DNA of 64,000 nucleotides from an uncultured Gammaproteobacteria bacterium (GTDB lineage Bacteria; Pseudomonadota; Gammaproteobacteria; JABCZS01): NCBI GenBank assembly GCA_963848305.1, contig CAWKDC010000001.1, positions 352,001 to 416,000 of the forward strand, read 5' to 3'. Shown piece by piece: positions 56,973 to 64,000 of this stretch (position 1 is its first letter; each line of letters starts with the position of its first letter). The notes under the pieces were generated by a model. It saw only the letters and a program-made list of their open reading frames with translations, ran no database searches and was not told where the DNA came from. The position numbers and the translations under genes were made by a program.

Positions 56973-57106
56973 ATGGATCCCGGATAATTTTGCTACGCAA
57001 AATTTCCGGGATGACGAGACTGGGAGGGGGCGCCTTTTGTTTTCGTCATCCCGGGCGCCTTTTGTTTTCGTCATCCCGGGCGCGCATAGCGCGACCCGGA
57101 ATCCAT
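56973..57106. repeat. CGTC-family REP doublet with 25-bp tandem duplication
   Basis: ATGGATCCCGGA...TCCGGGATGACG and CGTCATCCCGGG...CCGGAATCCAT; GGGCGCCTTTTGTTTTCGTCATCCC twice (57028, 57053). Confidence 0.75.
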
Positions 57107-57846
57107 CAGGAAGTATAAGCCTCCTGCGGTATCTCCGCATTCGTGTATACATTCTGCACATCATCTAAATCTTCGAGCATGTCGATCATTTTTAACACGC
57201 GGATACCGTCTTCAACACTGACAGGCACTGCCAATTCAGCCGAAAAAGTGACTTCAGCATGTTCTGCTTTCAAGCCAGCGGATTCAAAAGCTTTTTTCAC
57301 CGCTTCAAATGTTTCAGGCGTGGTCACCACTTCAAAACTGCCGTCTTCGCTCACTTTCACGTCGGATGCACCAGCGTCCAAAGCGATTTCCATGATTTGA
57401 TCTTCTGAGTATTCCGCTGAAAAAATCAACTCGCCTCTGTGATTAAATAAATAAGCCACAGAACCATCAGTGCCTAAGTTACCCCCAAATTTTGTGAACG
57501 CATGACGAACATCAGACGCGGTACGGTTGCGGTTGTCTGTCATGGTATCCACGATAACAGCCACGCCACCGGGTGCATACCCTTCATAGCGCAATTCGGC
57601 GAGATCACCGCCCTCCTGGGGCCCCGAGCCGCGTTTGATAGCACGAGCGATCACGTCTTTCGTCATGTTCGCGTTCAAGGCTTTGTCTATGGCCAAGCGT
57701 AAACGAGGATTGGTGAGGGGATCTTCGCCGCCCATACGGGATGCGATGGTGATTTCACGAATGAATTTCGTGAATAGTTTGCCGCGTTTCGCGTCTTGCG
57801 CGTTTTTGCGGTGTTGGATGTTGGCCCATTTACTATGACCCGCCAT
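57106..57846 (-). CDS. yebC: YebC/PmpR family protein
   Basis: MAGHSKWANI, YEGY, TDNRNRT, DDVQNVY. Confidence 0.97.
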   Translation of the reverse strand: MAGHSKWANIQHRKNAQDAKRGKLFTKFIREITIASRMGGEDPLTNPRLRLAIDKALNANMTKDVIARAIKRGSGPQEGGDLAELRYEGYAPGGVAVIVDTMTDNRNRTASDVRHAFTKFGGNLGTDGSVAYLFNHRGELIFSAEYSEDQIMEIALDAGASDVKVSEDGSFEVVTTPETFEAVKKAFESAGLKAEHAEVTFSAELAVPVSVEDGIRVLKMIDMLEDLDDVQNVYTNAEIPQEAYTS

Positions 57847-58021
57847 GTATATTCTCCCCTTGTAGATAGGGACGGCTCTTATTAACTGATCTCGCGCAAA
57901 AAACCCCGTCTAAATGCTCACATATTGGTATATATGCTCCGCTTTCACCTCTGTTTTTTGCAGGCAGCTCATCTCAATAAAGCCGTCCGCCGTGTTTATC
58001 AATGTGATAGCTGTTCTATCA

Positions 58022-59783
58022 TTATCTCACCTTCACGCCCAATTCTTTCAGCTGAGCGTCGTCGACAGGCGCAGGCGCATGCGTCAATGGGCAATAAGCC
58101 GTTTGGGTTTTGGGGAAGGCGATGACATCACGGATCGACTGGCCGCCGACCATCAACATCACCAAACGATCCAAGCCAAACGCCAAGCCGCCATGGGGTG
58201 GGCAACCTGATTTTAAACCACGCAATAAATGATGGAAGCGAGCATTCGCTTCATCAATCCCCATAGACAATAATTCAAACACGGCGTATTGCATCTCAGG
58301 CTCATGAATACGGATAGAACCGCCGCCCATTTCAAAACCATTTAACACCATGTCGTAGGCACGAGATAATGCATCTCCGGGGGATTTTTTCAATGACTCG
58401 GGCGTCACGTCTTTTGGTGCAGTGAATGGATGATGCAAGGGATCCCACGAGCCCGTTTTGGGGTCTTGCTCGAACATGGGGAATTCCACCACCCATAAAG
58501 GATGGAACCCTTCTTTCATCAACCCTTTATCGTGCGCCAATTTTTGACGCAAGGCGCCAAGTGCATCAGACACAATTTTCGCTGTGTCTGCACCAAAGAA
58601 CAAGACATCGCCATTTTGCGCATGCGACCGTTCCAAAATGGTTTTCACGACGGATTCAGGTAAGAATTTCAGAATGGGTGATTGCAAACCAGCTACGCCG
58701 TCTTCTATCGCATTCACCTTGATATACGCCAAACCTTTTGCGCCGAATTGTGCAACAAATTGCGTGTAGTCGTCGATTTCTTTACGGCTTAAATCGCATG
58801 CAGGCAAGCGCAACACGGTCACGCGCCCTTTGGGATCGTGTGCAGGGCCAGGAAAATACTTTAAAGTCCACGTCTTTCATCAAGTCTTTGACATCAACCA
58901 ACTCGAGTGGATTGCGCAGATCAGGCTTGTCGCTGCCGAAGCGGCGCATGGCTTCTTCATATGTCATGCGGGGGAAGGGATCCGGCAAATCGACATCAAT
59001 CACTTTTTTGAATAATTGACGGATCATGCGTTCCATCATCACCATGATTTCTTCTTCATTCATGAAGCTGGTTTCAATATCAACCTGAGTGAATTCAGGT
59101 TGACGATCCGCACGTAAATCTTCATCGCGGAAGCAGCGCACGATTTGATAGTAACGATCAAAACCGGCCATCATCAACAATTGTTTGAAAATCTGCGGAG
59201 ACTGCGGCAACGCGAAAAAAGAACCAGGATGTGTGCGGCTCGGTACTAAGTAATCGCGTGCGCCTTCTGGTGTGGCACGGGTCAGCACGGGTGTTTCGAC
59301 ATCGATAAAGCCTTCAGCATTTAAAAATTCACGCAAACATTCTGCGACACGGTGACGCAGCTTGAATTTTTCAATCATTTCAGGGCGACGCAAGTCAATG
59401 TAGCGGTATTCCAAGCGCACTTCTTCACTGATTTTAGAAAACCCATCTAATGGAAATGGTGGCGTTTCAGCGGTGTTGAACACTTTCAGCTGTGTGGTGA
59501 CCAGCTCCACTTCGCCGGTGGGGAGATTTGCATTCACCGTACCTTCAGGTCGTGCATTGACAACACCGGTGACCTGGATCACGTATTCACTGCGGAGTTT
59601 TTCGGCTTGTTGAAATAAGGCAGCGTCTTCGGGACGAAAAACCACTTGCAGCAACCCTTCGCGATCGCGCAAGTCGACAAATATCACGCCACCGTGGTCG
59701 CGACGGCGGTGCACCCAGCCGCAGACAGTCACGGTTTGACCTAACAGCGCACGGGTGACGTGGCCGCAATAATGTGTTCGCAT
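58022..59783 (-). CDS. aspS: aspartate--tRNA ligase (apparent frameshift ~58850)
   Basis: [32 protein letters not shown]; HHPFT, GGSIRIH, GLDRL; removing one base restores [12 protein letters not shown]. Confidence 0.96.
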
Positions 59784-59844
59784 AGACGTTTTCATGGATG
59801 TACTCTTGTTAACGACAAAGAGCGCCATTATATCAGGATTTTTT

Positions 59845-60114
59845 CTATCTGATCACACGAAAATCATCAAAAGGGCCGAGTTGACTGGGCGACTTGATCA
59901 CGCCGGTGACATCCGATCCTAAGGAGCCTTCCCACAGCCATTCTTCGAAGACAGTCAATGATTCAGGGGCACCACACGCCACCACAAATACAGTACCATC
60001 CATTTCATTGCGTGCAAAACCGGTCAGCCCCAGTTCTTCGGCCTTTTTCTGTGCTGCTGCGCGGTAAAAAACGCCTTGAACGTGGCCTTTTATTTTAAAA
60101 GATAGGCATTGCAT
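59845..60114 (-). CDS. acyP: acylphosphatase
   Basis: [18 protein letters not shown]. Confidence 0.93.
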   Translation of the reverse strand: MQCLSFKIKGHVQGVFYRAAAQKKAEELGLTGFARNEMDGTVFVVACGAPESLTVFEEWLWEGSLGSDVTGVIKSPSQLGPFDDFRVIR

Positions 60115-60263
60115 GCAACAAGCTCCCTTGTGTTTCAACCTATTATGGTTTATTGTTGAAAAAGATTTTACACAGGAAGTATAGTATACCTCTCGTACCT
60201 GAAGATGCGAGAGGTCTGCACGAGGCAGCCAGGATTCGCATCTTCAGGTACGAGAGGTAAAGA

Positions 60264-60888
60264 GTGTCCCACGACATTTTGGTATTGTACTATTCGGAGC
60301 TGGGAGGAGACCGAAAGCTTGGCCGAAGCTGTGGCCTCGGGCATCGAAAGTGTGCCTGGGGTTTCTGCGCGGATCAGGACGGTGCCGGAGGTATGTGCGG
60401 TGAATGGAATGGCGCCTACGGCGCATGGGCGGGAGTACCCGCCCCTACACAGTCCAGTGTATGCAACCCATGAAGATCTAGACGAATGCATCGGTTTAGC
60501 CCTGGGTAGCCCTACCCGTTTTGGCAATATGGCCGCGCCACTGAAATATTTCTTAGATACCACCAGCGGCCCCTGGACGAGTGGCGCCCTTTCCGGCAAA
60601 CCTGCCTGTGTGTTCACAACAGCCGCCAGCCAACATGCTGGGCACGAATCTACCTTATTAACCATGATGGTTCCTCTGCTGCACCATGGCATGATCATCG
60701 TCGGATGCCCCTATACCGAACCTGCTCTCAATAAAACCACCACCGGCGGGACGCCCTATGGGCCATCACACTTTTCTGGAGGGCAAAGCAATTTGCCGTT
60801 ATCTGCAGATGAAACAGCGATTGCGTTTGCTGTTGGAAAACGCCTCGCTCAAATAGCGCTTGCGCTACTTGAGCAACGGGAAACTTAA
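60264..60888 (+). CDS. wrbA: NAD(P)H:quinone oxidoreductase WrbA (apparent frameshift ~60300)
   Basis: GTG start with HDILVLYYS, continued in another frame as TESLAEAVA; GSPTRFGNM, LLHHGM, GGTPYG. Confidence 0.92.
60427..60448 (-). repeat. GTAG-family REP palindrome inside wrbA coding sequence
   Basis: 60425-60449 is identical to 40656-40680 over 25 bp. Confidence 0.8.
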
Positions 60889-60946
60889 GCTATACTGTGT
60901 ATTGAGCAATACCCGCCTTTTTAACTTTTATCCTCGAGGAGAGATC

Positions 60947-61219
60947 ATGAAACAATCTACATTATTAACCGTTGCTGCTGGTTTGGCATTATCTGTTGTT
61001 TTGCTGCAAGGCTGCAAAGGTTCACATGAACAACCCGCTAACAGCATGGACAACAACAGCATGATGTCCGCTCCTGCAGCAGCACCTGCTGCACCTGCTG
61101 CACCTGCGGCTGCCCCAGCGGCTCCTGCTGCCCCAGCATCTGATGCCGTTCCACCCCAAAGCTTCGAGCAAAATGATGGAGCTGTTCAAGTTCAGGATGC
61201 TCAACACGCTCAGCAATAA
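60947..61219 (+). CDS. small Ala/Pro-rich lipoprotein
   Basis: GAGGAG RBS, lipobox LQGC, APAAAPAAP repeats, terminator downstream. Confidence 0.8.
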   Translation: MKQSTLLTVAAGLALSVVLLQGCKGSHEQPANSMDNNSMMSAPAAAPAAPAAPAAAPAAPAAPASDAVPPQSFEQNDGAVQVQDAQHAQQ

Positions 61220-61241
61220 GCGTTTTACGTCTGTTCTGAGG

Positions 61242-61270
61242 AAAAGCGGGGTTCTACCCCGCTTTTTTTT
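61242..61270 (+). terminator. intrinsic terminator
   Basis: AAAAGCGGGG-ttcta-CCCCGCTTTTTTTT. Confidence 0.88.
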
Positions 61271-61355
61271 ACGCTATTTTTCATCCCCCCTCTTGACATA
61301 ACCTATCACCATTCTTTAGAATGGGAGTTACTTTTGGGCAACAAATTTGGAGAGA

Positions 61356-62064
61356 ATGATGAGAACGACGAAAGAAACTGCTGATGCAACAGCCTACCAT
61401 TTATTCTCTGAAGATCGGAAGCAGACAGTGACAGCGGGTGTGAAATCAGCTGTAGCGTATGCGACTCCTGTTTTTCAAGGCTTGGTCTGTGCAGGCTTTT
61501 TGGCCGCCTCAGGACTGATTATCGCTGAAATCCTTGATAAAGGCGTCAATGCTGATTACAACTATCTGGGTGGCGACGACTATATCGTTGCGAGCTTAGC
61601 AGCCATTGCAGGTATCGCCCTGTTGGCCAGAGTTATTATTGACGTCAAAGGTCACAGCAAAATCACTAACTCTACTCTCGACCAACGTGTCTATCGCTAT
61701 GGCTATAATGCTGCTATGGCAGCTATCAGTACATTGGGTGTGTATGGCGTAGCGGTTGGCCTCTCCACCCTGTTCATGCCTGAAACAGGTCACTTTGGGC
61801 ACCCCAACTGACCACATGGAAAAAATGTCTCACATGGGCTTCACCGACGCTTATGACAATGTCGATGTCGCTGTCTACTTTGCGGTATTTGGCGCCATGG
61901 CAGCTATCGGGGCGTATCTATTGGGAAGCTATGTGCCCGGCAGATATAAGCGGGCTGCTATCCCTAAAAGTGATGTGGCAACCCGTGCCGAATCTTTTGA
62001 TAGTACCTCTCTCCTCCAACATAACAGCAGTTCTAGCAGTTCTAGCAGTCCAGGAAGCCGCTAA
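61356..62064 (+). CDS. hypothetical 4-TM membrane protein (apparent frameshift ~61800), paralog of next gene
   Basis: ORFs 61347-61811 and 61756-62064 join through PTD, a motif also in the downstream paralog. Confidence 0.65.
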
Positions 62065-62238
62065 CTGTTTCGTTAGATAAGCGCAACGGCTGTGAAAGGG
62101 CGAATTGTGCCGAAAGGCCAGTTCGCCTTTTTCCGTGAACATTGGGAGCAGACGAGAAAATCGCGCAGCGGTGTAGGAGCGTAGCATGCTGCGCCCCTAC
62201 AAGAAGACAATATCTTTTTTTATTCCAGGAGGTTCTTC

Positions 62239-62955
62239 ATGCCAACACTCACCATCAAAACTGTCTCTGGGGTCTTTGGTCTCGGTACTGCCGGGCTGAT
62301 TGCGCACAATGCTTTTGTCTATCATGACATGGGCAAAGACTTCGATTATTTCAACAACCTGGCTTTTTTGGGCAATGACGATCCGATAGTGGGCACGTTG
62401 ATATTGTTGGCGTCTCTGTCGGTATTATACAGTGCAGGGCTGGAATACAGTCGGTCAGCAGTGCAACGTAGCAAGAACGGCGGATGTGCTATCAGCAATA
62501 ACGAATTTGAGAATAAGTTCTATAAACGCTCATCATTCTTTGTTGATGCTGCAATGGCCACCCTCTTGGCTCTTGCCGTCTATGGCCTTGTCATCGGTGG
62601 ATTGTCGTCGTACGATGTGGACATGAAAGGATGGGTATCGACAGACATGGGGCTGAACCCCGAGCACAACCCAACAGATTGGCACAAATCGCTGTATTTT
62701 ATGGCGTATAGCTTGTTGGGGTTGGGCATGGTGTTTGGGCAGGCGGTGTGTGGAAAGGTGAGTAAATTAGTAACGGATTGGTGGGATTCGTTGGATGAAC
62801 CAGAAGAAAAAAAACAGAGGAAAGACGTAGGTGCTCTTCTTCGTAAAGCAAACACCAGTAACTCGAGCATACTTGGTACCGCTGATGATCCCCGCGCTGA
62901 TGGAATTAGCAAAAATAACATCGGGGGCGCCCCTACAAAAACAACACCGACTTGA
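62239..62955 (+). CDS. hypothetical 4-TM membrane protein
   Basis: AGGAGG RBS, four hydrophobic segments, motifs shared with 61356-62064. Confidence 0.75.
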   Translation: MPTLTIKTVSGVFGLGTAGLIAHNAFVYHDMGKDFDYFNNLAFLGNDDPIVGTLILLASLSVLYSAGLEYSRSAVQRSKNGGCAISNNEFENKFYKRSSFFVDAAMATLLALAVYGLVIGGLSSYDVDMKGWVSTDMGLNPEHNPTDWHKSLYFMAYSLLGLGMVFGQAVCGKVSKLVTDWWDSLDEPEEKKQRKDVGALLRKANTSNSSILGTADDPRADGISKNNIGGAPTKTTPT

Positions 62956-63619
62956 CCAATCCCAATGTAATCCCCTGCTTCAACATCAAGGAAGCACGAT
63001 CGAGCTTGTCAAGTGCGAGTAATAATTCAGATACATCGCGAGAATAATGGTGCATCAAATAGTTCACCACGGTTTCTGGCAAACGCAAGCCACGCTGCTG
63101 TGCACGCCATTGCAAAATCGCGCGACGTTCATCGTCATTAGGGGATTTTAAACCGTAAATCAACCCCCAAGCTAAACGGGATTGTAAATCTGGTAGCGCA
63201 AAGGTCAGCGCATTCAACGGCGCGTTGGCCGAAAACACCAATCGGCAACCCAGCGATTTCGCGCGATTGTAAAAATGAAATAACGCTTCTTCCCAAGCGC
63301 GATCTTGCAATACAGCATCAATATTATCGAAACAAATGAGATCGGCATATTCTAATGCTTCCAAACATTCAACATCCAATCCCTTTTGATTGAGCGGCAA
63401 AAAATGTGCTTCACGTGACACCGAACGGGCCGCCATGAAAGTGGCTTCCAATAAATGTGTTTTGCCAGTGCCTTTAGGGCCAAATAAAAACAAACTTTGC
63501 TCACCCGTACCCTGCGCCATTGCGTTCAAGTCATGTAACAAGGCGTGATTATCTGTCACGAAATTGTGAAAGGTGGCGTCGTCTCGCAGTGAAACGCTGA
63601 GCGTCAGTTGCGTGGTCAT
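62933..63619 (-). CDS. hda: DnaA regulatory inactivator Hda
   Basis: QLTLSV clamp-binding motif, DDATFHNF, GTGKTHLL, LFHFYN, LPDLQSRL. Confidence 0.95.
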   Translation of the reverse strand: MTTQLTLSVSLRDDATFHNFVTDNHALLHDLNAMAQGTGEQSLFLFGPKGTGKTHLLEATFMAARSVSREAHFLPLNQKGLDVECLEALEYADLICFDNIDAVLQDRAWEEALFHFYNRAKSLGCRLVFSANAPLNALTFALPDLQSRLAWGLIYGLKSPNDDERRAILQWRAQQRGLRLPETVVNYLMHHYSRDVSELLLALDKLDRASLMLKQGITLGLVKSVLFL

Positions 63620-64000
63620 GGGCTATTGTAACGGTAATAAAGGGTGATGGGAGGAGTAGTATCGTCGTCCTCGTCAGCGTGGGACAAAAAATTCCCTTGA
63701 TCGAGGAGTTGTTCTAAACGATCCACAGAATCCGCGAACGTGAATTGGAAAGTGACATTCGGAATACTCAGTTCAGATGTTTGCACATTGTCGACACCGG
63801 GCAAGGTATTCAAATAAGCATCCACGCGTAAATAAGCGTCCAAATCATTCACATCGGTGATCACCAACCAAATCTCTTTCAAGCCCGCACTGTTATGCGA
63901 TGCACCTGGCGCAGGTTCAACATATGCTGACAAATCTACCTCCTTCAGTGCACCATTGACCTCTGTGGGATTATAGTGAATTAACATGAACGAATGCTCA
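63616..64000 (-). CDS. C-terminal part of a DUF2066-like periplasmic protein (5' end outside window)
   Basis: Open frame to window edge; DVNDLDAY..V..YL..L..V..V pattern; position upstream of hda. Confidence 0.55.
   Translation of the reverse strand, partial: EHSFMLIHYNPTEVNGALKEVDLSAYVEPAPGASHNSAGLKEIWLVITDVNDLDAYLRVDAYLNTLPGVDNVQTSELSIPNVTFQFTFADSVDRLEQLLDQGNFLSHADEDDDTTPPITLYYRYNSP

Overview
Chromosomal window of a gammaproteobacterium. It is mostly housekeeping genes on the minus strand: tatD-holB-tmk-mltG-fabF-acpP, pheST-ihfA, lepA-lepB-rnc-era-recO-acpS, lysS-prfB-sodB, nrdAB, der-bamB-hisS-ndk, tol-pal, ruvABC, aspS and hda. Several genes expected from conserved gene order are absent here (pabC, pdxJ, nadB, rseABC, rlmN/pilW/ispG). 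With the orphan and eukaryote-like genes, this suggests a host-associated Legionellales/Coxiellales-like lifestyle (inference). Single-base frameshifts in core genes (pheT, degP, nrdB, pal, aspS, wrbA) indicate assembly errors, so pseudogene calls are unreliable. Highlights: (1) an AT-rich two-gene operon beside tRNA-Lys encoding a Sel1-repeat/TKL-type active kinase and a TIR-pseudokinase-Sel1 protein; (2) a 1.2-kb array of nested-palindromic ~230-bp elements with compensatory changes; (3) a DARS-like DnaA-box trio with Fis/IHF sites upstream of NrdR-regulated nrdAB; (4) a REP palindrome read in frame inside wrbA; (5) novel membrane proteins, including a tandem paralog pair; (6) PheT lacking its B2 domain; (7) ruvC inverted in place. 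All calls are by eye; no database searches were run.
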